Assembly (NCBI GenBank): GCA_977030845.1
Contig: OZ365112.1
Location: 14,818,001 to 14,882,000, forward strand
DNA: 64,000 bases
Direction: 5' to 3'
Origin: Fimbriosthenelais zetlandica
Taxonomy: Eukaryota
Shown: in pieces, positions 26,701-41,700 of the stretch
Layout: each line of letters starts with the position of its first letter
Numbering within the stretch: the stretch's first letter is position 1
Program-made: the position numbers and the translations under genes
Notes under the pieces: model-generated
Databases searched by the model: none
The model's input: only the letters and a program-made list of their open reading frames with translations
Told to the model about the DNA's origin: nothing

Positions 26701-29700
26701 AGCTTTCATTAACTTGGCTCCATTGAGAAAGGTTCGCCGAGGTGATATATTCCAGTTGAACTGAAATACATGTACAGACAAGCTAAGAATGTGTATATCA
26801 TTGAGGAAAGTAATGATGCCACTTAAATGTTTAATTGAAGCAATTATTGTGCATATGATTCAAAATGAGTTTCTGCTCGCAGGCTTTGGGCATAGATTCC
26901 AGTGGCCTTGGAAATGATGGCAGGCCTACATGTATATTGATAATCTATTTTGGCCAAAACACCCATTAACACTATTCTCTCGGACATATTCCTATTTCTG
27001 TAGGTTAGAATAATTGCATGTCAAGCATTTTTGGGGGTACGTAATTTAATCGGACATAATTATATAAGAATATAAAAAAATGATTATCTCAGGACGAGAC
27101 CGGCCATCTGCTCTCCTATCACCAAACCTGACAACTGAGCACAAAAACATCCCTTCGACGTCTAGCGTGTTCCACGGTGAAGAGGACTCGCACTATCTTT
27201 CATGGCTGGAGGCTCATCCCCTGTGTCTGCCCCAAGCACATTAAATATTTCATTACTTTTGCCCGTCCATGATCTTAGAGCACCAATAGATGCCCAAGGC
27301 CAGGTGATGTGAATGTCATACCGCCATATTATCTCACAGGGACCCCTAATTCAACCACTAAAACATGTCTCTAGGGTCCGAAGAATTAGATTCTAACGAG
27401 AGGGACCATCATGTATATCCAATTTATAAGTAATTGAATAAATGCTTTACAACAATAACAACACCAGCCTTGCAATAATACTATTCCATTCTGAGATAAT
27501 ATAATTTATCGAATACACTCAACTATGATTAATTGGTGCCGTAGGAGCAAGAAGAGAGTTAAATTTACACAGTCTAAGCCGTACTTTGTTGCCTTACTCA
27601 GGCGAAGATCAACTGATCTGAAAAGATCTATTGGTGCATCCTTCTTGCTCTATGGTAATCATCAAAGCATAAGCAAACGTCAGCTACACATGGTTAACCT
27701 GGTGAATTGAGCCAATCTTCAGGCAAATTGGCAATTCTTACAAGCTATTACAGCCATCATGCACTAGAGGCTTTATAGGGACGACCAGAGGTTACCCAAT
27801 CAAACATCATATTGAACCAATTGATTCAATATCAAACCGACGGCCTCTGTCTGTGCAAATATTATATATACCATGCAGGTATGTCATAATTATTATGACA
27901 AAATCTACGTTTCAGTTCTGCTCACACTACAATGAAGGTTTTTGTGCTTCGACCCAATAGTGAAATAAAGGTATGAAGAATGATAGGCCTACCTGTACTT
28001 AGAATGATAACATACAGTGAAAATCAGACAGAGGAAAGGATTTCAGCACATGCAGTGCTCCCCATCTTTAAACACCATAAACAGCCTTTCTATATGGTAA
28101 TAAATGGAGCACTCGGGGGAGACCATGGTTCCTGCCACAGGCTGCCTACCATCCATTAGTTGGAAGCAATTTCAATGATTTTTCATGGAGCTCCATTGTC
28201 TCCTGATAAAACCCCGAGGAGAGAAGCGATAGTGAATAATGGACTTAGTCCAGTAGTCTATCAGAGAATGCTTAAGCTACAATTTGTCAGAAAACAAAGA
28301 CGTAAATGTAACCAATGATTGGGATTGGCCTCAATAGGTAATGATCACACAGGTAGAAATGCAATTTGCAAATTCACAGGGCTCTTCAAAATTCAACAAT
28401 GTCAAGGGTATTTCCTTTTCATATTCTTAGGCATATTATTCATATCACTGTGATATCACCTACATGAATTATAGGATGCTGTACAATTCCGGGCAAAGCT
28501 TACAAAGAATATGACATCCAACACGTTCACAATGAGATGTGCTAGACTAATAAATCTACCCTTTTGCAATCGATACCAAGGCCCGATATAACTAAACATT
28601 TGTTTTCAAATAGCAAAACTGTAGGTATGGATCGATATCAAGAGCAAATGTTCTCCTATGCCATTAAAAAGGCCCAAACTAGTTACATTCTCGTCTAGTC
28701 ATTCTAGTTAGCGTCAATAATTGAATTTGCCACAGAATATCAGTTCTAATGTTACACAATCCTCTAGATATTTACACTCCATTTGTTATATTGGATACAA
28801 AGAGGACAGGGCGAATGGCCTGGAGCAATAAGGTTATATAGAAGGGGAGTGCCTGTCACTACAGTGACCATCAGATAGCTTGCTCCTTATCACTCACAGC
28901 GTCAATCTCCGACCTAATCTATAGAGACTTCTTAAAGGTTTGAAATGGAGATGTGAAGATTGCCATGATATGGCATTTCCCATAGGGTGAGCTGTTCATA
29001 CTAAAAGGCGAAGGCCTGCTATGAGTAGGGCGTGGGAGTGAGCAGGTTCTTTTTTGTCTCTTGATCTATCTTGGGCAGTTTGACTTGGCTGGCATGAAAA
29101 TAATGATGCTGGGGGAAAGGTAATCAATGTCGCAGATGATATCAGTCTTCTAGGAGTGTAAAAGAAACGGTGACTGGGCCGGGGGGGGGGGGGTTGGTCA
29201 AAGCCAGAATTCTAAGAATCAAACATACTGCATGACATCAAGCACAGGTCAATCCCAAAATGAAATCAGCATTTAAAGGGGACATGAAATCAACATCATC
29301 TGAAAGTATAACTTCGGTCATACACAGTATCCATTCAAACTAAGCAGGAGAGTAGAGCATAATTTATATATCTGATGTCAGCAGGATAAGCAGTTCCATG
29401 GTCTGACTCTGATGGCAGTAGTCTTTAGGTATCAGCCACTTAGGCTGGACTGGTCATCCTAGCAAGCAAGCCAGTTTTACAAGCCTCATGTCAGCCAAGT
29501 ACACGCTTCTCCACTTATGGCAGATTGGCTGTGTGAGGAGTAACACATACACAGGTGGAGGTAGGCTGTGTATTGGCCATCAGCTAATACTGATAAATGG
29601 TCTTGTACACATTCATATAAAACATCATGAAAGGGCTGGCTTTATGGTAAGTTGGAGGCAATGGAGGTAGAGGTGGTAGGGGACCTGATTCCATACCGAA

Positions 29701-32700
29701 CATACTCAGAAAGGAAACAAATTGGCCTGAGGATAAAAAGGTATATATATACAGATCTATCCAGGGCAAGGTGGGAATATATTCTGAGATAAGGGGGGCA
29801 GGTCGTTTAACAGAGAGGATGATAAACGGTGGGTCTTCGTGGATGGATGGATAAGTCTCGTGCATTCCGGATTAAAGTTTGAGACTTGAGACAAGTAAAG
29901 ACTTCAAGAACAAAGAGAAGAAAAGGGGAATTTGCAATCAAAAGCCTGTTTGATGTTAAATTTCCCAAACTAGCTAATTCGACAAATTTTCACAAGTCAG
30001 TTAAAGGCAAAAGCCTCAGACATTGCTTTAGTGGGAATTGCTCAAACACACATAGTCCATTTGGTGCTAAGGTCTTCACATTCTTACTGGAATTTATCTT
30101 TTTTCTTTGCAGGTAAAGCTTCAAGTGTGCTTAGGGTCAGAATCTCAGTGCTCCTTTCCTGCTACAATACCTTGTATTGTATACTACCCCCAACTGGTAT
30201 AGCGCCAGTCCCCTCAACTGATGCTGTAGTCCCAAGACACTAACTGGAAGCTGTCAGGTTTACACAGATAGATCTTCTATCAAATCAGATGGGAGCTCAT
30301 AGCTAGATCCCTGCGAACCTATCTATGCAGTATTTTTGTGTCAAAATCCTGGAAGACGGCAGCAGACGTCTCAAAGGCAACATAGGAAGGCTATTCACTG
30401 GACACCAAACTTCCTGCTCCAAAGTATGTCGTGATTGAGAATCATAAGGTGTAAGTAAACCTTACAAGCATTATAATGATCATTAAATCCCCCCCATATC
30501 TTCCTGAAATCTGTAAATACTGCAACAAATTTGCCATACAAGGTTTGGTTAAAATGTGAAAATGTGAGGCAGACAAGCCCATCCACTTTAACCTCTCCGA
30601 CTCCACCCCCTCATCTCATCTTCCTCGGCCAACACAGCAGCCAAGGTAGGCCAAGTGCGGGAAGAGGCACAGGCAGTAAATCATTAAGCGGTGCCATCGC
30701 TGGTTGTAAACGTGTCCTAATTAGTCGTGCAATGCAGTTCTTCCCTGACAAATGCTAACCTCCCAAGCTGTGGAGAAATAGAGCCTTGGGGAACTGTGTT
30801 ATAAGAATATAGAATTAGACCTCCCATTATAAGAGGGGATATTGATTAGATGATGCTACTTATAATGGCTTTTGCAGCACAGCAAGTATTATTAAGAAAC
30901 AGTCTGGCACCAAACAGGTTTATAAGCCTCAGCATGAGTGTCTCTATAGAAGGTGCTCACTATTGGTGCTAATGGGAGCTATACTATTTCAATATTTTTG
31001 CACGAAATGAGTACTGAACATTTTCTAATAAACCAATTAGTCTTATTCGTTATCAGAGATTGCCTTCCATCCTATAAGCCAGAAAATTATCATAGTGCTC
31101 AGCTTTAGGTACAAGGTTTATGGTAAACATAATTGATCTGGGCAAATAAAGCAATATTGGCCAAGCAATAACATGGAGACCCACCCGAGGCAAGGTGCAG
31201 ATACAGGAATTGATACCACTCTATATCATGCACATTGATATTATACCAAATATATGCTATACCATTAATATATGTGAGACTTTTATATTAAGGACAGATA
31301 CAACCCCGAGGGTAAAGGCATGGTGGGTGAGAGGGGTTCTTCATGCATCCATCAATCAATCTTTTGCTTGCCTGAACACAATTGGAGTTGAGAGACTGGG
31401 GATCCTCATTCTACTTAGATAAAGCAGTCCCATCTCAGGCACTGTTTGCACGATGAGACCACCGAAGTCTGCAGAAGCCAAAAGGCTCTCAAAGGGAAGA
31501 TGTTCTGAATGCGCCCAATAAAATGCAGCATCAGGCTCTAAGGGTGTGTATCTAGTTTGCCATCGAGAAATATGGTATTATTGATAAGATTCTTACTGAT
31601 AAAAGTGAATTGAGCAGAAGTCTTGCATATAGACCTGTGCATCAGCATTGCTCTCCAATTGTCTTCATGGTGTAAAACTTTCGCAGGTTAAATCTCACCT
31701 TCCACACTGAATCTGGTATTTCCACCAATATCTGCAACAAAAGTGCTCCAACTGACCAGAATACTTTTCAGACTCAGCTGTTAACTGAAACAATTAGGAA
31801 TTGCCCGAAAAACCATTACAAGTCCTTCCAGGTAGTATGGAGAACAAAGGAAAATGGATGCAGTGTCTGTATTAAACCTGTCAACTGGGGTATCCATAAT
31901 AGTGAGCCATAGAAACCAGCCACCATGTGGAGCAGCAGAGGGGGAGAACCTGTGATAAATGCCACTCACGTATCAGTCAATAGTACGAGGTGGAGACGAG
32001 TAGCACGCTTCACAGACAATCTCCATCCCTTTATATTCCTCAAAACATGTGTTCAACCAGGGATATGAAAGGCAAATCATACTGAGCCGATAGAGTCACA
32101 CTGTGAAGACAAGGTGACACAGAGTATAGCTATTGTAGAGTGCTACATTGTCTCAGATACCTCCATCTGTTGCCCTGATTAGATGCCATTGGCAGACCAA
32201 GCTCAAGCTGGTGCCCCTCTCTGGTTGTGTGGATGGACATGCCAAGGCTATGGACAGAGCATTATCTTGGAACAAATTACAATGTATATGATAATCACAA
32301 TGTCCCTGACACCTGGCATGGGCATGATGTACTCAGTTCAACTGGATTCAGCTAGGTCAATAACCCTCCATCAAAACCTCTTACAAAATAGACGTATGGA
32401 ATACACAGGTGAAAGGGAATTTGGGTTCTATTGGTGTTTGGGCAAGTATAAAACAAGTATACCACAGCTATAGTTCCAGATATCTGTCGATTCACTTTGA
32501 GTATCAAAGTTTCTGTGCTAACGTACAGCCTCACCATTGGTCCACCTATACATTGTTCCATGTTCTGGAGGCTCCTGAAAGGTAAGGGGGATTAGCCATG
32601 TGAAGCACGTACACACCAGTCCATACATAGGACACGCCTGGTAAACCTCACATTCTGCACTAGGTCTTCAATGTTGCTAATGGAACAGAACCAATTACAT

Positions 32701-35700
32701 TGAATAAGCAAAGTACGACTTCCCAGACACTTCGTGTGTACTTACCATCAAACAATGAAGCCTCCCATTTATTTACTTAAATGAAATGACAAGGACATTG
32801 AGATTTACAAATTACTTGACGAATGAATCTTGTTATGTGAATCGCAAAACATCTTATGGTCTCAGATTCATGGGAGATCCGGTGGGGCATCGAAAATGTC
32901 GACCAGAAATGGTCTCCTGACCCAAAAAGGAAATGGATGGAAAAGAGATGATGAAAAATCAACCAGCTTTCTTCTGAAGTACCCTGAGTAGGATCAGCGA
33001 CTGCAGTGATGGACGTGGTCTTGACCTTTGTTCTTTTGACCTTGCCCTCTCGCAGAGCAGTATTGCTTGGTGTATGGAAAAGCTACTCAGCAACCAGCAA
33101 CCTAGGTTCTAGCCGGGGGTGGTACATGCATGAATATCACATCACTTTGATGCATTAGATTATAATAAGCAATCAGTCAATTACATGTATACTATAATAA
33201 ACTTCAAAAATCAATGTGACATCCAGAGGATAGACCTGTGCTTGTAGTATGAGCTTTTGATATCACGCTTCACGGTAGATCTCAATGCAGCCTTCATTCA
33301 CTTGACCAAAACAGTAGTTTATAGCGCCATACCTCTTCCTCGAGTGTTGAGCAACAAAGTCTTGATGAGAGGTGGTTCCGTTGACAAGAGATGAAGAACA
33401 TGTTTGCAGCAGCTGGACCAGGCTGGGGTGAGGGCAATGCCCTACAGCCAGTGTATCTACCATGCATATAATAGGCTGTCACTATCGGTTACTATAAGGG
33501 TGTTCCATTAATTTAGATGGCCATACACCTGAGTAAGCAGTGTGAAGGAAGCAATCTTGATACAGAAGCCCATCCTGCTGGCAGCTTGCATGATCAAGAC
33601 TGTTAAAAACACAACTATTTTCAGTTCCATTTCAGATTATTTTCCTTAAATCGAAGCTGATCTTCCACCAAGTGTTTTCGTATTATATCACTAAGAAACT
33701 GGTCTCCCAGTCAAGTACACCGGAAAAGAAGAAATCATCTCCAGCAAGGAAAGCCCTCTTGAACGAGGACGGATATGGCTAAATGAAAGGAACTAATTTG
33801 AAAAATCGGACCAAAGATGACGATAAAGAATATTCTGCGATAGCAGTTGATGGGTCCCAAGATGAGAGAGAAAGAGAGAGATGAGAGGGGACCCTCTGGG
33901 CCTCCCTGACCGAGGCATATCAATCAAAACACCAGTGCTATTACAGAGCACTGAGAGGGAGAAAGTAAAACAAAAAGTAGACCACCATTAATAACATTTA
34001 GATGGGGCAGACATAAACAATTTAAGGCTACATTTCACAGGGGAATACAGGTCCACGCTTATGGTGTGTGTTACAGAGAGAGTATGGATAAATGAGGGGC
34101 AGTAGAGGCATGTAGGTGGAGAAGCGGATACTACTTTGGATACTACTAGGTTTTCAAAGTGTTTCCTGATCGACGAAGTAAGTCAGATTCGTGTATTTCT
34201 GCCTACTCAATATGTTCTTATTTCGAGATTCAAAATTTCTTGTCAGCTGAATTATATAGAACCTTGCTCAACGTAGTTGACTGTTTATCTCACAGGAATG
34301 GATCCAGGATGTAGTCAATTGATCGAGAGAGATGGCTTTCCTCAAAAGTTTCCCTCAGCTAAATGAATTACACCAGCAATTGTTGTTCATTAGAGAGGTT
34401 TTGAGAAGACAAACCGAATAGCAAGACGAATTGTCATAAATGAGTAAAATTGCTGAATCAAATTCCCATCGCTCATCACAATTAAATAAGATGTCATTCC
34501 TTCATTAGTTTGAATATTTACAAATTCTTCCATTACTGAGTGCAAATGGCTCCCAGCATGTGATTAATAACTCAATATGATGCATCACACTAGTATTGAA
34601 GTGACCTTAGTTTTTGGAGGAGTGAAGTAGCTTGATTACACGCTTAAATTAGTGTTAAATAAAGCATCGTTGTCCACAGTAGCTCCCAGTCACAGGCGTG
34701 GGGAATTTAAGGAATGAAAAGCTCACATCAGACATGGCAAACTTTCCCAGTGAGCTTTTTTTGCTTGTTGCTTCTGCAATCTAGAAAATGTCATTCACAA
34801 GCAGCAAACCATGTCAGCAATTATTTTGCATAGTGCTAAAGAGATGCCAATTTATATGAATCATTGCATAGCATGAGGAAGGCTGAATTAATTCTGCTCC
34901 TGATGAAAACGAGTTTAAGGAAACTATGGTTTGGAATAGAACCTTCAAATAATTCAAAATATCTAGTAGAATGGATGAATTTTCATTTGTATAATAATTG
35001 CGTGCTCTTTTGCTGAGAGGAATCAGTTTTTGTCCCACTTTCTAATGGAGATGGACTAGAGAGGATATAGATATAGGAGATATTTCCCCTGGGTTTTCAT
35101 TCTCTCCCCATGGTGCCATTAGTCTGCTATTGCTAGCCTCCGAACAATGACACTAAATTAGAGCTGGACAAGCACATAGGCTAGTCAACAGTGATCTTCT
35201 CTAATTAGATAAGACAAGACCAAATGATGGCTTTCAGTCCGGCCGATACTCTCTGAACTTGTTCCTATCTGGAAATTTCTTATGCGAAATCCATCACCCC
35301 AAATTATTGAATCACAAGATGCATGCACAAGTCATTGCCAAGACTAGCTGGCGCATATGGCCATAATATCTAATTAAAAAAAATTACTATTGCATCAGTA
35401 TTATATGCAGTGTTGGAGTTACCCAGCCTTCGACTCATTACCTGGGAGCACAACCTCTACTTCAGTCATTGGGTGCCGCATAATGGTTACAGGAGCCAGC
35501 AGGCACCAAGGTTCATGCATGCACTTGGGGAGGGTATATACATGGATGGGCAGGCCGGACTGTCAGCATATACATGGTTTAGATGATTATTTATAGTCCA
35601 TGAGGGCCTCTCGCACAATGTGGTACACTGTCATCAAACAAGCGCAGGTTCACTTGCTGTCTCATGCATCAATGGAAATTCTCAATCATTGTATGCAGCT

Positions 35701-38700
35701 TGGGTATATATTGGGTACATCTCACATTGAATGTTGTAGGTATACATATTACATTGTAAGCTGTGCATCCAACACCAGCTACTATGTTCTATTGCGATGT
35801 CAAGGGAAGGGAGCAATTTTTATGAGCGTTCATGATGGGCTGAGCATCAGTTGGACAAAAAGTCTACTTCTGTATATGGAGAGATTCTTCCTTGCCTTCA
35901 CAGCAGTTTCAGGTTCAGAAATATAAATAGGAATCACCAGACTCAGAAAAAAACATAAGGAGAACTGCAGCATAATAACCAAGCGGAAATGGACCGCTAC
36001 ATTGCGAAAAAGGCCCGCTGCGTAAAATAGAACAAGGAGACGTTGTAGGTCTTCTGCCTTTTAACACACGTCAGAGATGCTTTGTTCCCAGTGTTATTAA
36101 GATGAACAATTTTAGATAAGATGACATATAAAAATATATAAATATAGAAGTGACTAAAATGTATAGTTTCAGAGAGAATTATGGAGAATTCAATCATCTA
36201 GGCTAACTAATTTAGGATCATCAAGGAGCAAATGTATTTGGGACTCCATCCTTATTTAAAGAGAAGCATATGTTGAGGAGGCAAAAGAGAGAAAACAAAT
36301 GGTATATGTTGGGTATCTGCCTTTCAGATGAGGCAATATATGAAATATTATATGAGAACTGACTATAGTTCCAGACAGAATTATGGAGAATTCAATCTTT
36401 TCAATTTAAGATCAGGCAGGAGCAACTATTCAAAGGCGGGACTCCATGAAGCCAAGCATCTGTCCAAGAGGCAAGAAAGAGAAAACAAAAGCTGCCTTGC
36501 CTTTCTGATAGATGGGGCTTGTCTGGGTTATCACTGGCTATGGCCAGCGAGCAGATTAATCAGTGCCTGAATTAAAACATGGTCACGGCACTAAAGCAGG
36601 GTAATTAGGACAAGGTTTCCATCAGGAGAGACCCGACCCACAAGAGAGGTTAATTTAGATGAACGATTCAGAGACAGCTTATATTGCCAACTTCTTTTTC
36701 CTGAGCCACTTGAGCTTTAAACAAAGTACTGCATTTCTATTTCATTAAGTTTTCCATCGTTATTAAATCTAGATGAGGAGGACTGAGGAGAATTCCGTTG
36801 GCAAAAATGAAACTTTTGTAAGTTGGATGGAATTGAAAAACTGAAAAATTACGAAGAGAGATCTATATTGTTAATGGCGCTTTCATTATTCAAGAAATAT
36901 GATATAAATTCATACTCACATCGTCCATTAAATTCTCAAACTGAAATAGAAGAAAGTAGAAATTAATACATGGCAGAAAAAACAGCGCAATAATGATAGA
37001 TAGCATACGTTAAACTTTAATAAAGGTTTTTTTATTTCAATAAATGCTCATATTTATTTCGACCATATCATTCTGCGGATAGTATGCATGCTATCCCCAA
37101 ACCACACTCCTCGCCACAAACCCAAGTCCATCACCTACGTGTGTGGACAGACTGTTTTACCAGGTTTCACTGCTGTCACGTTTGCAACCTATCTTCTCCA
37201 CCTACCAGCTTCTATATATTGACTAAGCATCCTTTATCCCCGTGTCCACCTAGAAATCTCATACACAACCGGCGACCAGTCAATATTGAACTCAACCATA
37301 CAACATAGCCAGGCCTCTGAAGGGGATCAAGATGTTCAGCTCAAAAGGGAAAGAACGAATTGATTGGTATCCACGTGTTATTTTAATACATTGTAGAACC
37401 ATTGTCAATCCTTCGATTCTAGCTCTTTGTCAATGAAATTATTGATACTAAGCCTTTAAACTACTTTCAATTTCTTATAGAAATTTCCCCTGCAACTTTA
37501 AATAGCAGGACTGAGATACATGTACAGAACTTGCAAGCAGTCTGGGAAGTCTGGGAAGCAGTCTGCATGCTTCAGGTAACTTTTCTTTGGCCTAAGGATC
37601 CACAACTGTACAAGAGGCCATCACTTTAACTCGTTATCCAGCTTAAATCCTCCCAGCTTTCGAGGAAAAAGTACAAAGGCTTAAAAGTTCAGCAGTTATC
37701 ACTATTGATGGTAATTGTGCCAAGGCCGGAAAAAATGTCTGGTGGCAAAAAGTTCAAGATAAATAAGCCAGATTGGGGAGATGTGAAAAACAAAGTTTAA
37801 ATATTCTTTTTATGTTTTTTTTTCTACTAAGCACGAGAAGCATAGGATCAGTCAGACAATCCATCTACTAAATACATCTAGTAGCGGTAATCGATTCAAC
37901 CATAAAGGGGAAGGGAGCAATAGCGTGAGGGGTCCCCAGGTGCTAAACCCTGATATAATAGCAGTGAAAGTTAAATGAATTAATGCACTGGAGATCAGGA
38001 GAGAATATCAACATTGATCTTTGCACTTCCGCCAATTTTCCAGGGTGGTAATGTGAATGTCCACCAATTGATCTCAACCAGGTACATCATGTGTTGAGCG
38101 CCTGGTTTCCGTAGCTAAGTGCTCTTACCACACAGACACACATATTTTGTGGGCAAGTGAGGTGAGGCCTTCCTCCCACACATTCATCAAAAGAAAGTGT
38201 GGCGATAATAGGACCATTTATCCATGACACTCCCTAGTGGTTCTCCATGGTACAGCTGCATGCTCACACATGCAGTATCTATAATGGCATGTAATGCATT
38301 GTGAAACTTTAAATAAGCGATGCCTGACCATGTTCTTATAGACTAAAAGCCCTCCTGAACCTACCTCTGTGTTGCCCCTTCTAAAAATGATTGATCATTG
38401 CAGTAGAAACTACTTCCGCCTATAATTCATATTGCATAGGTTTGGACGGCACCAAGTATGACCATCACTACTTTACATCTGTATATATCTTGATTGTCGA
38501 GGGGTCCTGTTTCAATTGACAGAAATGAAAGCCATAGCATTTATATATTGCCTGCATCTTCTTAGGAGAATATTGCGAGTTCCACAACGACCGAAGCAGA
38601 AAAGGCTCATAAGCATTCATTATTACTTTGCCCCTTGCTTTTTATTTTTCACCGTATTTCAAGCCATGTTTCATTATACTTCTAAAGTCTTCAACCCAGA

Positions 38701-41700
38701 AATCCGGATGCAAAATAGCATTAAACAAACTTTTGCATGAGGCAACGTGCTTGAGGCAAATTCTTTATTAAAAATTATGGCTCGCATAGCACATGTGAAT
38801 CAGTCCCACAGGAAGAGAATGAGGAGTGAGAAAGGGAAGTGGAACAGTTTTCCTGTTCTTATCTCCTTATATCTGTTGTCGGTCCTATTGTAAAAGAGAG
38901 AGAAAACAAATTTAGTTCACAAGGAAGGAACATGCAAGCCAGGCCAGAGGGATTATCTAGGGACTGGGATCAAAGTGTCAGACCTATCTGCCCACAATCC
39001 CTGCTCGTTCAGTCTCAACTTATGGGTCTTGCATCTGATATTTCCCAGAAAGAAAAAGTGGCAGCTGCCTGTTCTCTGTGTAACAATATGGTAACAGGAT
39101 AACAGACCCGCCAGACAAAGGGCATAAATGTCTGGAATTTTTATGTTGCCCTCTCTTATTCTTCTCAGCAGTGATTCAAAAACCAGAAAAGGGATCTATC
39201 ATTCTTTTATCGCTATAACGCGCGATGCAGACTGCTCACCTATCTTACCTCAAATCTTCATTACGACGCCACCTAGGACTAATTTCCCAAGGGGAATTGT
39301 TAGAGGAATGACTAGAATATTGCACCCTAAGATAATCTTAATCGGACAATAAAGCGTTGACGATAAACCACGTTTCTTACTATAGGTTATGAATCGTAAC
39401 AACTGAGCAAGATTCCTTTTAAAATTGAAGCCGCATCACAGTAAAGTTTGATATAAGCCCAGTGTACTCAAACTTTATGATGTGAACAGAACCAGGAATG
39501 GATCAATACAATTCGGCCCTATGTTCAACCATAACTATAGGTACAAGCCATCACAGTTTGAGTCAAGTCCCTCCCTGGAGGCGTAAACGTCTGGTCCTAC
39601 TATGTTTTGTCATAGACCTCAGAATCTTGATTCCAGGTTTCCTGCTGGCAAGTAAAGTCTGAGTTTGTCTTGGCAGTAGTACAATATTTCTTGGGGCATA
39701 GACTACAACACAAAGTCAGAAGTGCCAGAAAGGACCTGTAGACTGTTGCTACAACGGGACAAATGATTTGTGCCTGTCAAAACCAATATAGTTAACACAC
39801 TCACACCAGACATTCAGCTCAAAGGAATCTGCCATCGTGTAAGTCATATGTATGGTGTGTCATACAAAGTGTCCCTATATTTCCAGATGTTAACATTAGG
39901 AATCCTTTCCGTGGATCAATGATATCCCTTATATTCATGCCGGATTGCGTGCCCTAAGATGACCCAAGGTCCTAAGGATTCGTGAGGTCTCCAAGCAATG
40001 CATTAAATGGGCTTCTGATTCGACATCAATATGCCCCAATCAAGCAGGGATAGTCACAAGACTCGGGTGAATGTCTCACCCAACCAATATCACTGACCGA
40101 CCTTATCATCTTGTCCCTGACCACACATACATGGAACCTGTTGGTTGGTGCCATATATATCTGAAATAAGCCTCACTGTTTGCCAAGAGCAAAGAACAAG
40201 AGAGACAAGGTCCCGGTCCCACCGGGGCTATACGCTCCTAATCTGTCAACAGTTGCTAACTTCCTTCTATTGAATGACGATCTGAAAAAGGTTATAAAGA
40301 ATCCCAAGCAAAATGTTATGTTCTGACTGAGCCTCTTAGGGCAGGACATCCGCTTCTCTGTAGCTGATTTTCTCATAGCGAAGGATTTTTCTGTTTAAGT
40401 CATCACTTGCTTCCTTGAAAAACAGGGTATAGTACAGAATTCATGGGTACGGCCATGCATCGTTGACAAGGCCTAGGAGAAGGAGGTGGAACAACTAATC
40501 ATGGAGGAACCATAACAGGGAGTTGGGCCATTCAGACAGCCAACCAGGGTTCTTCCGCTCCAAGCAATCTCCTTTGGCCTGCGGAGTCAGTCGGTCTGTC
40601 TGTCTCCACTCCTCGCCATACTATCAGGACTTTCATTAGATCTATTACCTCCAACAGAGCTACTTCAGTGTACCACAAGCAAGCGCTAAGGCTGTTGACC
40701 AACCAATCACTGTCTGAAAAAGGTCTACCCTAGGTCGTAGATTGAAAGGGCTAAGCTAAGTCCTACAAGACTAATGGAAACAGTAACCAATTTCCATCTA
40801 ATATTACAGTTTTACCGAGGATTTAGTTTTATTGTTTGGCCTAATAGGGTTGACCTGGAGAGAACCTATGACCTTTACATTCCTTTATGAAAATATATCA
40901 ATCATCCAGCGACATGATGTATAGCGTAATAGAGAGAGAATTCCCAAGGAGGGACATGTTCTACTTTATTATATGACAGATCTAATCCAATCGGAGGATA
41001 TGAAGAAGCATTTTTCTGCTTTTAGTCTCTCATACATTTCTACTTATTTCAGCTGGTAGCAAATTCCAAAGTTTCCATCTTCTATGCCATGCACATTTTT
41101 ATATTTAGCAGTATTAAATCTCTTTGAATCGCTTTGCATTGAGAGGTAGCTGTAAATTTATTCTCATCTATACAAAAGAAGAGACATGCAATCGACTGAG
41201 GTATAGGCTTTATTCATGCAAGATATGTAATAGTCCTATTTTATTCTAGATCTTACCTCAATTGAGAAATCGCGCTCCACATTATAACGTGTGCGAAGAT
41301 ATTTCCTAGAAATGAAAAAATAATATTGTAGGATATGTAGGCGGACAGGGGCATGAAATGACGATAAAAATGATAGAGCTGAAGTAATGAAAACCTCAGA
41401 TTGACATTTACTTATGTACACATGTATATAACTGAAAAATGCAAAGTTATGTTAACAAAGGCAGTGATATTTCAGTAAAGTATTGTTATATTCCGAAAAA
41501 TATTTATGTGAATTTAATAATTTAGGAACCTTTAAACCGTTTCAAATGTTGAAACCAAATTACAAAAAGAAGTCCATTGTGTCAAATGGGACACGGCTGT
41601 TAGTGAACATAGCGGAAAAGATGCAGCATTAGTACATTACTGTTAGTATTGCTTTAACAAAACAGTAAATTTCTCTGAACGTAAATCATAAAATGTTCAA

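Noticed and set aside
35390-35926. 179-codon frame with a single stop (possible pseudogene or KDZ/SWIM-type transposase)
   Set aside because: No diagnostic motif recognised. With roughly one stop per 20 codons, several such frames are expected by chance in six frames of 64 kb.
40177-40281. 105-nt AG/GT-bounded minus-strand segment in AP1AR intron 3
   Set aside because: Open only in phase 2 while the intron is phase 0 (stop after 4 codons). It could at most be a poison exon, and there is no further support.
40460-40730. Faint DIRS-like RT wording (EKEVEQL...PGFF)
   Set aside because: Needs frame changes, and the RPILDL, PFGL and YLDD motifs are absent
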